Assembly: GCA_004431415.1 (NCBI GenBank)
Contig: QPMI01000068.1
Location: 62,001 to 126,000 of the forward strand
Length of the DNA: 64,000 nt
From: Cyanophora paradoxa CCMP329
Taxonomy: Eukaryota > Plantae > Glaucophyta
Direction of reading: 5' to 3'
Shown: piece after piece, positions 46,401 through 56,952 of the stretch
Layout: every line of letters starts with the position of its first letter
How positions within the stretch are numbered: the first letter of the stretch is position 1
Program-made: the position numbers and the translations under genes
The notes under the pieces: model-generated
The model's database searches: none
Told to the model about the DNA's origin: nothing
Seen by the model: the letters and a program-made list of their open reading frames with translations, nothing else

Positions 46401-47573
46401 TTTGTCCATACTGAATGTAATCAAACCTTTCCTGTGGTTCATCCAGGAGGTGAGTATGTGATACCCGATGATCCAGCTATTATGCCCATTAAGATTGATC
46501 TCCCTTCTGATTATGTGGGAAGGGGTGAACTAAAAACTATTTCATTCACAGGAGATTATAATGATCTCATAAACAAACCCACCGCAGCAAATCTACACCC
46601 TGTTGCATTTTCAGGTAGTTTCCTCGACCTTAATAATAGATCACACACCAATACAAAGGCAGAAATCACAGATTTCGCACACACTCACACCAAGTCCCAA
46701 ATAACAGATTTCGCACACACCCACAGCCGAGCAGATATTACTAATTTTGCTCACACTCATTTTGAATCTGAAATCACAGATTTCGCACATACTCACACAA
46801 AGTCACAGATTACAGATTTTTCACACACTCATGTGAAGAGTGAAATTACAGATTTTGCTCACAATCACACAAAGGCAGAGATTACAGATTTTGCTCACAA
46901 TCACACAAAGGCAGAGATAACAGATTTTGCACACACTCATGATTGGAATACAGATATTTATAACAAACCAGCGATTTTCTCGGGCAACTACAATGATTTG
47001 ACCAATAGACCAACTCTTGATCCCTTCACAGCAACCACAATTAGAGCCAACAACACAATGTATGTAGGATCGGGTCAGATTGTAGAGCCAGCAGGACCTA
47101 TGTTTGAAGAAACATGGTTTTTCCACAATTCGCAAAATTACTTTGATAAGACCTTACTCGTTCGTGGAAATGCTTATGCAAGGAATTTCTATGCTATGAA
47201 CCCTTCAAATAATGCGACTATCAGTAGATGCATTACGGAAGCAGATCTTTCAAGTCAACTCAATTCATTTTTTAATGGGAAAATTCAAGCAGGTAAGTAT
47301 GTTTACACTACTCCTGTTTTAAATTACAATAATCTATATGTGTTCAATCTTACTATCTATTTTACCAATGCCTTTGCTTCTCCTCCTGTTGTTACAGCAA
47401 CTGTAAGGCATGAAGGACAAGAACCAAATTATCAAGTAACTCCCGTCGTTTTTACTGTGAACCTGTTGGAGGTTTACAGTAACTATTTCACTTGTGAACT
47501 TTTCACTGATCCATATGCAATGAATAATTCATCCAAAACTGTAACAATCCATTTCATTGCTGTCGCAATTTAA
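43410..47573 (+). pseudogene. Fibre-like protein, third copy; start lost, internal indels
   Basis: Homologous to 8557 from ANLQTI onward. Duplicated FASAGN...VTEDYL module, ~9 HTHTK-ITDFA repeats, and a C-terminal F..AF...PVV...IHFIAV tail-fibre/H-lectin-like head. Confidence 0.75.
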
Positions 47574-47592
47574 CTATTTCGTAAATATAAAG

Positions 47593-48648
47593 ATGACCTC
47601 ATTATTAGAGATCCCAAACTATGAACTTGCAGCCAAATCACTCCATAACACCTCTCATGGAGTAGTCGACTCTACACCCGGAAATATTTGCACTGAAACT
47701 TCAAGCAATACCTCTTTCACAGAGAACAATATACTCAGAGTCAAAGAAATTCGATGTGATCGCAATAATGGTAAGATAAGAACCACAGGTATTATTATCT
47801 CGAATAAAAATCAAGTTCAAGCGGGTCAAGTAGTCCCTGATTCATCAATTTACGATAATACAGGTGGATTTACCACAGCAGAGATAGTTACTTTTGGTAA
47901 CACAAGTAATAATTCCGCTCTTGTGGTTAAGAGTGGAGGAGCATACATTGGTGATGGGGCAAATGTTGCAGGGACTGTTACAGCAAACCAACTAAATGTG
48001 AGTGAGACAAGTTCATTTACAGGAGTGATATCTTTGAATGGTGGTCTCTCAGGAAGTGTCCAATATGGAACTCTCACAGCTACTACAAGATTAAATGCAC
48101 CCGAGATAGATAATGGATCAGATACCAATATGAACTATAAACGAAATGGTATAACGATTTTTTCTCTTGAAAAGATACCTTCCAATTTACAGACACCCAC
48201 TCATTATGAGACTCTGACGCTATCAAACGAAAAGTATTTGAAACGGAATGGTTGCCCAAGGTTTTTTGCCGCAAAGCAATCTCCAAATGGAGCTTTAACT
48301 TTTACTATACCTTCTGGATCTGGTCCAATAACTTCTTATGGGACAGAGTTGGTAGATCAGGGAAATTGCTTTGATCCTACAACAGGCACTTTTACAGCAC
48401 CAATCGCTGGATGTTATAGGTTCTTCTTCTCAATTGGAACTTCGTCGACTATATTCTATTTAATGTTATACACAAATGGAGCAGATACCGGATTGCAAGT
48501 GTATAACCAAGAAAAAGGTGGAGTCACTTGCTATGGACTTGATATTTTAATAAATCTTTCCCAAAATGATTCTATACAACTTTATTATCCTTACTCAACA
48601 TATCCCTCCCGTTTACTTTTTGGTGGAATGCTTGTGAGTTTAACATAA
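47593..48648 (+). CDS. Putative receptor-binding protein with C-terminal C1q domain
   Basis: FDPTTGTFTAPIAGCYRF...LSQNDSI...FGGMLV; N-terminus shared with three paralogues. Confidence 0.75.
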   Translation: MTSLLEIPNYELAAKSLHNTSHGVVDSTPGNICTETSSNTSFTENNILRVKEIRCDRNNGKIRTTGIIISNKNQVQAGQVVPDSSIYDNTGGFTTAEIVTFGNTSNNSALVVKSGGAYIGDGANVAGTVTANQLNVSETSSFTGVISLNGGLSGSVQYGTLTATTRLNAPEIDNGSDTNMNYKRNGITIFSLEKIPSNLQTPTHYETLTLSNEKYLKRNGCPRFFAAKQSPNGALTFTIPSGSGPITSYGTELVDQGNCFDPTTGTFTAPIAGCYRFFFSIGTSSTIFYLMLYTNGADTGLQVYNQEKGGVTCYGLDILINLSQNDSIQLYYPYSTYPSRLLFGGMLVSLT

Positions 48649-48670
48649 TATTGTCTGTCTAATATAAAGT

Positions 48671-49699
48671 ATGACCACTCAAATAGCAGTTCCTGTTTTC
48701 TGTTACGCAGCCCCAAAAATACATCAACTTAACCACACTGTTACAGATGCAACACCTGGGTTCATTTGCACAGAGACCACAGGAGCCGACTCATTCTCTC
48801 AGAACTCAGTCATAAGATGCAAAGAAATAAGATGTGATAGAAACGGAGGTAAAGTGAGAACCACAGGACTCATTGTATCAAACAAGAACCAAGTTCAATC
48901 AGGTCAGATTGTTTCTGATTTTGCAATATATGACGATGTGGGAGGAGTCACCACACCTAAAATAATAACTTTTGACAACACCATTAATAACTCAGCTCTT
49001 GTTGTAAGAAGTGGAGGTGCATACATAGGAGATGGTGCAAGAATTGATGGAACTCTTACAACTAATCAAGTAAACATTACAGGAACAAGCACATTTACAG
49101 GTTTGGTGACAGCAAATGCTGGTATCTCTATACCTAATCAGTCCCAACAGATAGTCCAAGCATCAACAAAAGTAATTACCCCTGAAATAGATACTGGCTC
49201 AGCCACAAATCTGCTTCTGAAAAGAAATAGCAATACCGTGGTGTCACTTGAATCCAACTGTCTGACAATCAACACACAGAACTATTTAAAATATCATTCC
49301 CAACCACGGTTTTGTGTTCAGCTAAATTATAACCATACAGCAACAAGCGCCACTGCTTTGATAAATTGGGGAATTGTTCATTTAAATCATCCTACAAATC
49401 ATTTTTCAGTTGCAAATGGGAGATTCACCGCACCTGTTTCAGGGCATTACCGTTTTTCAGCTGTTACCTACTCACAAGCCTCAACACTACCCATAGAGCT
49501 AACTCTTCAAGTAAATGATGCGAATCCAAGTGGTGTTGCAATAAATGTAATTGCTTCAAACACTGCTGGATACAAAACCATTTCGCTAAATTGCATTCTC
49601 TATATTGCTGCTAATGAGTATGTAACACTTGTAACAAATACAAATGGAGTTTATACTTCTAAAACAGCATTTTCAGGTGAGCTTATCAGCATTACATAA
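48671..49699 (+). CDS. Putative receptor-binding protein with C-terminal C1q domain
   Basis: FSVANGRFTAPVSGHYRF...ANEYV...FSGELI; paralogue of 47593. Confidence 0.75.
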   Translation: MTTQIAVPVFCYAAPKIHQLNHTVTDATPGFICTETTGADSFSQNSVIRCKEIRCDRNGGKVRTTGLIVSNKNQVQSGQIVSDFAIYDDVGGVTTPKIITFDNTINNSALVVRSGGAYIGDGARIDGTLTTNQVNITGTSTFTGLVTANAGISIPNQSQQIVQASTKVITPEIDTGSATNLLLKRNSNTVVSLESNCLTINTQNYLKYHSQPRFCVQLNYNHTATSATALINWGIVHLNHPTNHFSVANGRFTAPVSGHYRFSAVTYSQASTLPIELTLQVNDANPSGVAINVIASNTAGYKTISLNCILYIAANEYVTLVTNTNGVYTSKTAFSGELISIT

Positions 49700-49720
49700 T
49701 TTTCTCATCATTAAATAGGA

Positions 49721-49984
49721 ATGTCAAATATCTACCAAGTGGTTCTCTCAGATACTGAAAAATTGGGAATGGAATATTGCGCTGCTTCTGTTCAGGATTG
49801 GATTGATAATGCTGCCCACAACAGAGCAAGGATTGCAATCGAGGAGATTGTTCAGAAAGAAATTCAGTCTTGCATTTCTGTGGGAGTTCAAATACCAACC
49901 TCAAAGGAAGCGATTGTATTACAGGCGTTCCAAAGAGGAACTGTTATAAAAGCGATTGAGTATAACAATGTCACATTAGAGTAG
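49721..49984 (+). CDS. Small protein, possible fibre chaperone
   Basis: DWIDNAAHNRARIAIEEI resembles, from memory, small proteins that follow tail-fibre genes in marine phages; not verified. Confidence 0.5.
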   Translation: MSNIYQVVLSDTEKLGMEYCAASVQDWIDNAAHNRARIAIEEIVQKEIQSCISVGVQIPTSKEAIVLQAFQRGTVIKAIEYNNVTLE

Positions 49985-50022
49985 TGAACATTATTTTTCT
50001 TTCCTTCTTAGTAAAAGAAGCA

Positions 50023-50865
50023 ATGGGCGAATATAATCGTGTGCAATTACCAGTTTACGCTTTGGGATCGCCCGCGGTTCACTTTCGACAACATGAGGTA
50101 GCCGACGAAATCCGCGGTGTGGAATCTACGGAACGCGCTAATTCCGCGAATGCATTCGATAAAAACAGTATGATACGTGTTAAAGAACTACGAGCCGATA
50201 AGAATTCGGGAGTGGTTAAAACGACTCAACTTCTTGTTACAAATGCGAATTTTAACGCGGGTATTGGGCAACCTGATGCATGGGGTGTGGATATTAGAAC
50301 GTTAGATTTTGACGGAGAACGTGCCGCCGCTGTTGTCCGATCAGGAGGCGCTGTTATTGGTGGCGGTTGTCGTGTGTCGGGTATGCTTGCATCCTCCATT
50401 GCCGTCACCGATATTCCCGATACTCTACCTGAGCATGCGGAGAATCCACAACGTATCCGTATGTATACTCCATGTGGAGACTATCCTTACGTGTTTGGAA
50501 TGGTCAGAGTTGGGGTAGATAACGTAAATGCAACACAACCCGATGGAATTATGGGAAATTGGTTACTACCAAATATTGCTATTCCTAAATCTATTGAGTC
50601 TATATGTCGTTCACAAAATGGTATTATCGGACCGGCTTATACTTTCTTTGTTCAGGGAATCTGACGCGGTAGAGGTTGGGTGGAATTCGACAACCAGAAC
50701 CCCGCTACGTTTAATGTTTGGACGACAGAAGTAGGAGGTTACGATATTCTCATTTTCGGAATGCGAACAGATCCAGCCGCTGTGGCGGCTACACGTGGTC
50801 TCAATCCCGATAACAACCTAAATAACTTCTACGATGATCCGTTCCCAGGTGATCCCACACCATAA
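50023..50865 (+). pseudogene. Third paralogue of the KE(I/L)RxDxNxG family, in-frame TGA at 50662-50664
   Basis: RVKELRADKNSGVVKTT...VRSGGA.IG; ORF 50680-50865 continues in the same frame. Confidence 0.6.
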
Positions 50866-50929
50866 TTATGTTTTAATATATTAAATGGCGGCACCCGCTC
50901 CACCTGAGCGTATCTTAACAGCGCAACTT

Positions 50930-51120
50930 AGCTGAGCTGTGAGCATTACACCCAAAAATTACCCCAATATAATTTGCCCCTTCAAGCAATATCCGCATGA
51001 TTCCCAGTAACCCAATCCCCAATCTCAGTAAATCTCAGTAAGCCTCAGTCACAATCTATTTTATTTAATCGAAGTTATATCTAAAATCTAATCAATCGAA
51101 GTTATATGCATTACACCCAA
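50930..51120 (+). repeat. Left TIR of S2
   Basis: Reverse complement of 62204-62394. Confidence 0.95.
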
Positions 51121-51269
51121 ATTTTACCGCATTTTATTTACGACATTCAGTAACAACGAGAGATTCCCGATGATACACCCAATATACCCATATTTCTCGA
51201 TTGAATCCATAAAAAACAACAAACCATAACTAACACCCGTTACACTTTAAATTTTCCGATTGATTCACA

Positions 51270-51728
51270 TTACACCCATGAGTTGTAAGATGACATAATA
51301 CCCATTTCACGGAAGAGATTAACGCGCTGTTGACATACATAATATCTTCCTTTCTCTTTTGTGTAATTCACCAAATCTTTCCACGGGTTTCTACACATCA
51401 TATGTTTTTCATTCCATGTTAAATACTTTCTCGGAACCAGAGTAACAGTTAAACCACTCGAACGATTTTTAAATTCCTCTTCTATTTCCTTTCGTTTTAT
51501 TTTCAATTCGTCTAATCGTTTTTCGCAATCTATGTGGTTTAATATCCTCGAATTTCCCTCATCTTCTTCTCTGTTTTCTTCTTCTTTGGCTCTCTCTAAA
51601 TTCTGTTCCTCCCGGTGTTTCTCACAATAGACAGTATATCTTTGAGATTCATAGCTGAAAAAGTCATGGGATCTTCGAACTGTGCAGCATCCACAATCTT
51701 CATATGTTTCCGTCGTTTCCCACCCCAT
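51270..51728 (-). CDS. Cys/His motif plus coiled-coil hypothetical protein
   Basis: CGC...HDFF...YCEKH; AAAATTGA ~37 nt upstream. Confidence 0.7.
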   Translation of the reverse strand: MGWETTETYEDCGCCTVRRSHDFFSYESQRYTVYCEKHREEQNLERAKEEENREEDEGNSRILNHIDCEKRLDELKIKRKEIEEEFKNRSSGLTVTLVPRKYLTWNEKHMMCRNPWKDLVNYTKEKGRYYVCQQRVNLFREMGIMSSYNSWV

Positions 51729-51825
51729 CGTTATTACTACCTCTCAAATTCCTTTTAAACTCTGTCAATTTTTGTCCCGATGCAAAAAATGACGCTCTTT
51801 TTTAAGAGTTTATAACTTTGTAACC

Positions 51826-52293
51826 ATGGAACAATACCTTAACTTTTTCAAGCAAAACAACATAACCTATAAGGATGTTTCACATGTATTTGCGAAAAGT
51901 TTCGAAAGAGGATATATTATGATTGCACAGTTAGCAGTGAAAACACCAGAGATGGTTTATATTGCTCAATTGAAAAAAGACACGGCACCATGTTTCCGAA
52001 TTCAGGGTTACATTAAAAATGCTGTGGTTGTTATCAAAAATGACGATTTCATAGTTTCTCCTGAATTCAAAGAGAACCATGTAAGAGATTTTCTTAGCCA
52101 CCCATACAATTGTAATGTTTGTCTCGATGATAAGGAAAATGGGATAAGATGTGATACATGTAATGCTTCCGTTTGTTACAAATGTTGGGCGGAAATGAGC
52201 ATGAATACAAATAAGAAATGTCCGGCATGCCGTAAAGATTTAGATTACCCGTTTATAATCCAAAATGGACTTAATACATTCGTTGTTGTCTAA
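51826..52293 (+). CDS. RING-finger protein (putative E3 ligase)
   Basis: CNVC...CDTC...CYKC...CPAC. Confidence 0.7.
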   Translation: MEQYLNFFKQNNITYKDVSHVFAKSFERGYIMIAQLAVKTPEMVYIAQLKKDTAPCFRIQGYIKNAVVVIKNDDFIVSPEFKENHVRDFLSHPYNCNVCLDDKENGIRCDTCNASVCYKCWAEMSMNTNKKCPACRKDLDYPFIIQNGLNTFVVV

Positions 52294-53055
52294 ACTGTTA
52301 TCGTCGTGGGTTCATTACTAATTCTTATTGATTCTCTCTTTTTTATCGCTCGTCTCTTAACAAACTTCTTAAAGCCCTTCATATCATCGTCTGTTAGTAT
52401 TGCCCGATCAGTATATATTTTATATCATACCCTTGCAATCCAGTTATGACAGTTTGGTAATTGTAACCCATAGTCTATGAAGTTCCTTGTAAGTCTTCTT
52501 ATCGAGACCCCCATTATACTCATCAAAGGCGCAATTGAACTCTTTTTCGTTCCCAAGAATATTGAAAAATACTACGAACTCAACATTTCGACGAATGGTA
52601 GTAGAAATAGAGCATAAACGTTGAGTATTAATAATTACTGTAATCGAATAATGACGGGCTGTCGTAATCAATTTAGAAAGGACAGCTGAATTATGCATAT
52701 CCAAAGAAGAACCTATCATATCGTCTAAGATTATAACCAAATTATTACGCTTCTCATTATTCTCAATTCGTTTCTTTTGCATGCTAATGAGTTTCACTAC
52801 TACATTATCGTCCCATTCCTCATAGATATTATCAGGATGCGTTATATCTCTGAATTGACCAGTAAACGCAGTAGAACTAAAGACTACAATCTGATCGATC
52901 TTATCCCTCAGTTCATAAAGTAGATATTTGCAGTAAGTTGTCTTACCAGAATTGCTGCGCCCACATAATAAAAAACGCGTGCTTAATTTAACTGTTCTTG
53001 CAGGCTCAAACTCTGGGATGTCATTCAAATCAATATCCATTCCTGTGTTATCCAT
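52290..53055 (-). CDS. A32-like packaging ATPase (1-nt indels near the 3' end)
   Basis: GRSNSGKT, LVIILDD, ARHYSIT; homology to 2132-2890 continues past the GGG/GGGG slip at ~52468. Confidence 0.88.
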
Positions 53056-53134
53056 TACAGTAATAAGATAAAAAACAAAATAAACCCCTTACCTACTAAT
53101 TTTGCGCTTCCTACTCTAACGAAAGAAAAGAACT

Positions 53135-54361
53135 TTAAAAGTTCGAGACTTTCAGGGTAGAGATGTTGTAGCCATTGAGGACCATAACATTGTGTCGTAG
53201 GGCATAGATGTCAACCTGAACAGGAGCTGCATCAGTGCATCCCGAAACAGTGAGATCCATGTAGCTCGAACTGCTGTTGAAGAAATCCTGGTAACCCATA
53301 ACCGAATTGTGGAGCGAATCTTTTCCGGACTTGGAAAGAACAATCCCGTAAACGTTTCCAGACTCGAATCCATAAGTAGTATTGCCAACAGTAACACCCT
53401 TGTAATGAGAAGGAATGTGATTGATAGCCGAGAGGAAACCAGAAATGGGTTTGTTGGAGATATCCAGGGAGCGATTGTTGTGGAAGATCTGGAACTGATC
53501 GATCTTAACATCCGAAACATGACCACAGAAATCAGAGTGAGTGTAGGTGTTAAGTTTGTTCACCTCTCGAACTGTCATGAGAATCGAATGAACCAGACCA
53601 GAAACATTAGCGAGTGTCACCTCAACCGATTCACCAGCATCAGCTGTTTTGAGCGCTCGTGTCTTCTTGTGGATGACCTCTGTGATCGGAATGCGAATAC
53701 CACCTTGTTCATTTGCCATTTTCAAAAGTGTCTCAGCCTCAGCCGAAGCGATGTTTACAAATTGACAGATCAGGGAGCAATCCGCAAATGTAACAGATCC
53801 ACCAGCAGGAACTTTGACTATCCCAGCATCACGGAAATCCACCTCAATCGTTGGCATATCGGCTAACGTACATAATGGAAAGTAAGCATCATCCCAGAAA
53901 GCAGCGGGAATTTTCACAATGTATTCCATAGCCTCATCTGTGCTTTCACGATCAAGTTCTTTGAAGTAACCAAGAGAAGCATACATGCTGCTCATGGTAG
54001 CATGATCATTATCAATCAGAGCGTTAACAGTAATCCAGTCACCAGGGATGATATACTTGAAACCACCATGAACGAAACGGACCTCATTAATAAAAGAAGA
54101 ACCACCATTGGGGAGGGTGCAGGCTACACCACCACCAGTGGCAATCTTGAAATAGAGCGAAACACCAGCAAGGAGTTGCTTGCGAGGTAGATCAAAGTAA
54201 GCGGTATTCTTGAAGCCAAAAGTGTTGCCTCGGGGACGAACTTGCTCGAGGAATGGTTTGTATTTGGGGTTGGTTCCGATTTGGAGACCAGGGGAAAGAT
54301 AAATTTGATCGGAACCGGGAGTAATGAGGAGTTCCTTAAGGGTAGTTCCAGTGAGTGCCAT
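53135..54361 (-). CDS. Major capsid protein, S family
   Basis: 408 aa; 10 amino-acid differences from 788-2014 by my count. Confidence 0.8.
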   Translation of the reverse strand: MALTGTTLKELLITPGSDQIYLSPGLQIGTNPKYKPFLEQVRPRGNTFGFKNTAYFDLPRKQLLAGVSLYFKIATGGGVACTLPNGGSSFINEVRFVHGGFKYIIPGDWITVNALIDNDHATMSSMYASLGYFKELDRESTDEAMEYIVKIPAAFWDDAYFPLCTLADMPTIEVDFRDAGIVKVPAGGSVTFADCSLICQFVNIASAEAETLLKMANEQGGIRIPITEVIHKKTRALKTADAGESVEVTLANVSGLVHSILMTVREVNKLNTYTHSDFCGHVSDVKIDQFQIFHNNRSLDISNKPISGFLSAINHIPSHYKGVTVGNTTYGFESGNVYGIVLSKSGKDSLHNSVMGYQDFFNSSSSYMDLTVSGCTDAAPVQVDIYALRHNVMVLNGYNISTLKVSNF

Positions 54362-54413
54362 CTCTTATGTTTAAAATACCAAAAGAAATTTTTAAAATGC
54401 TTTATTAAACAGA

Positions 54414-55312
54414 ATGACGCGTCATTACCTTAATATTGATTCCAGGGACCGAGATGATGGAACCCCAACGAACTTTACTTACAAAATTCCCATGCAATCC
54501 AAAATGTGAGAGCCTGCAGAGTGACTAACTTTGAGATGTTCAATAACATTTACAATCTTAGCGAGAATGGAAGTTTGATTACAGGAACCTATGATGTTGG
54601 GGATGTAATTAAGACCAAGAGTAACACTATTTCGAAAGGGACATATACTTCGGATAGTTTGGTGAATCTTCTAAATGCCAAACTAGCTTCACAAGTGTAC
54701 GGAGCAGCGGGAACTACATATACTCGCCATTTCTACGTTACATATGATCCTGTTACCATGTTTCTACGGTTCATGTGCGATGCAACATTTACCCTCACCT
54801 TTGGAAGTCGGATCTTAGCGAACTTCCTTGGTTTCCCAGATCGCAGACCTGACAGTTCTGAAAATGGATACGCTTCTGCCCTGCTCGATTCACCTGTAAC
54901 AGTTGGAGCTTATACTTATAATTACTACATTGACAGTGTTATACCGCTCGATCTTCTGTTCAACTCTTACATCCTTCTACATGTCGATCCACTCAAAGGC
55001 AATTATGTTAGCAAGAATACCAGTGATGATAAAGCCCTCGCAAAAATCGAGATTGATCAAACGGTAGGCAGTCTGCTAAAATACGATTCATCGAATAATT
55101 CCATGATCCTGCATGAGCAAAATGGTTTAGTGGAAGTGGAAACGCTAAAAGTTCGTCTCACATACTGGAATGGTGCTGAAACGGATATTACCACTGACTG
55201 GTCGATGACTCTCGAACTCATTACGGAAGATGATAAAGATCTGACCAAGAAAGCATTGAAGAATGTCATTAAAGAGTTGGAGGGACTCTACTTGCCGTTC
55301 TCACGGTCATAG
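54414..55312 (+). CDS. Minor capsid (penton-like) protein, 1-nt slip at ~54490
   Basis: MTRHYLNIDSRDR... joins the 54506 ORF frame; C-terminal LKVRLTYWNG...WSMTLEL. Confidence 0.75.
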
Positions 55313-55488
55313 GAAATACTGTAGAATAAATTTGTCTCGATATTACAAATGGCAACTCGAAAGACCCAGCCAAAGAATTTCTTAGCCAAACCAGTTGAGC
55401 AAGCAGAACCAGAACGGAAACAGTTTAAGAAATCAAAAGAACCGCTGCATATGGAACTGGTGATCTCGATAAAAATGTTCACCAAACC

Positions 55489-56097
55489 ATGAATGCTCAC
55501 ACAATCGCGCTTACTTCAAACTCAAATGATGATAATGCCCTGGTTGACCAAGTCCCACTGAACCGCATGCCTGGAGCCAAACGAGGAATCAAGAAAGGAC
55601 AGTTCAAATCATCGACAAAGGACAAGGTTGCCTCATCATCAACACTGCTGAAACTGCTTGATGGTGGTGAGCGACTCTACTCAACCTATTCCGAGAAAGA
55701 CCATCGCAACCGCTACTTTATTCGTTCAACCACTGGTGGACTGAAATCTGTGACATACCAGTATGCTAAGAGTCTTGTTGATGGCATTGCAGCAGAGACC
55801 AAAAACGAAAACAGGATCAAGGAACAGCTAATCACAAAGGAAAAGGTGGAGAAGAAACCAGAAGTAACCCATGAAGTCATCCCTGAACCTGTTCATATCG
55901 TGAAAGAATCACCAGCCGAATTGATTGCAAAGACCATCGATTATCAAGAGTCCAACAAAACGGATTTGCCGGTCCTCAATAAATCGATCCTCCGGGTTGC
56001 CACTTCGCAGGCTGATCCAGTCAACTCGATTCCAAATGCTGCCCCAATGGTCTCAGGGTTTGCCAAGCTCGGTATTAAACCTGGATATCGCCGTTAA
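55489..56097 (+). CDS. Hypothetical basic protein (true start may be ~55349 with a frameshift)
   Basis: 202-aa ORF; a short upstream ORF MATRKTQPK overlaps it in another frame. Confidence 0.55.
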   Translation: MNAHTIALTSNSNDDNALVDQVPLNRMPGAKRGIKKGQFKSSTKDKVASSSTLLKLLDGGERLYSTYSEKDHRNRYFIRSTTGGLKSVTYQYAKSLVDGIAAETKNENRIKEQLITKEKVEKKPEVTHEVIPEPVHIVKESPAELIAKTIDYQESNKTDLPVLNKSILRVATSQADPVNSIPNAAPMVSGFAKLGIKPGYRR

Positions 56098-56446
56098 GGA
56101 TCATTTCGGAATAAAAAAATCTTGAATATTGTTAGCGCTACGTAACCAATCCTATCCCGTAGGCTCAAAACTTCTTCATTTTTATGGAGGCGTTGTAGAG
56201 CGAAGTGACTATCCATAGGTTAATCACTTTTCATCACCCGTTCTACCGGGTTCAGTGGTAGAAACTTGCAGCCGACAAGTGAACCTTTTGGGTATCGGTG
56301 GCTTTATCATTTTTCCAGCATTTTCTTTCGAACTGGATGCTCTGCGATTGGGACCAAAATTTGATTGGGTTCTTGAAAAAAGTATATACTGACAAGGAAA
56401 ACCATTTAAAGATTTCTCAGCCTATATTAAAAGAAGAAGAGCGAAA

Positions 56447-56701
56447 ATGCCAGTCAGTGAGGCTCAGAAGAGGGCTATTTACCGCTACCGCAAAACCGAA
56501 AAAGGACAGGAATACCTGAAGAAATTCAATGAGAGATTGGCAAAGCAAATGCGTGACTTGTATCACACTGATGAATGTTTCAGAGCTATGCGACTCGTTG
56601 ACAGTTCGCAGCGCCAGTATACCGCTAATGCCATTTGCTTCATCAAATACTTGTATGGAGTTCCGTACTCAAACCGTGGACGCAAGTCAAAGTATGTATG
56701 A
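56447..56701 (+). CDS. Small basic protein
   Basis: MPVSEAQKRAIYRYRK...ICFIKYLY...RGRKSKYV; similar to 34496-34687. Confidence 0.6.
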   Translation: MPVSEAQKRAIYRYRKTEKGQEYLKKFNERLAKQMRDLYHTDECFRAMRLVDSSQRQYTANAICFIKYLYGVPYSNRGRKSKYV

Positions 56702-56952
56702 ATCATTTTTCTCAGCGCGCTTGCTCTGAGAAACAATGCGGTAATCGCGCTCAAATAATACTCAATCAAAAGAGGCTCGTTAGCCGCATGTATTGCTCAT
56801 TTTTCGACCCTTCTTTATTTTTTTCGAATCTCAGTTCTCCGCTGAATTTTTATTGTTCGATACTTTTGGTTTTGCCGACAAAATTTGATTCGAGTATAAA
56901 AGTATTTAAAGAAAAAAATTGTAAGTATAGAATAAGAACAGTGAACAAAGAA

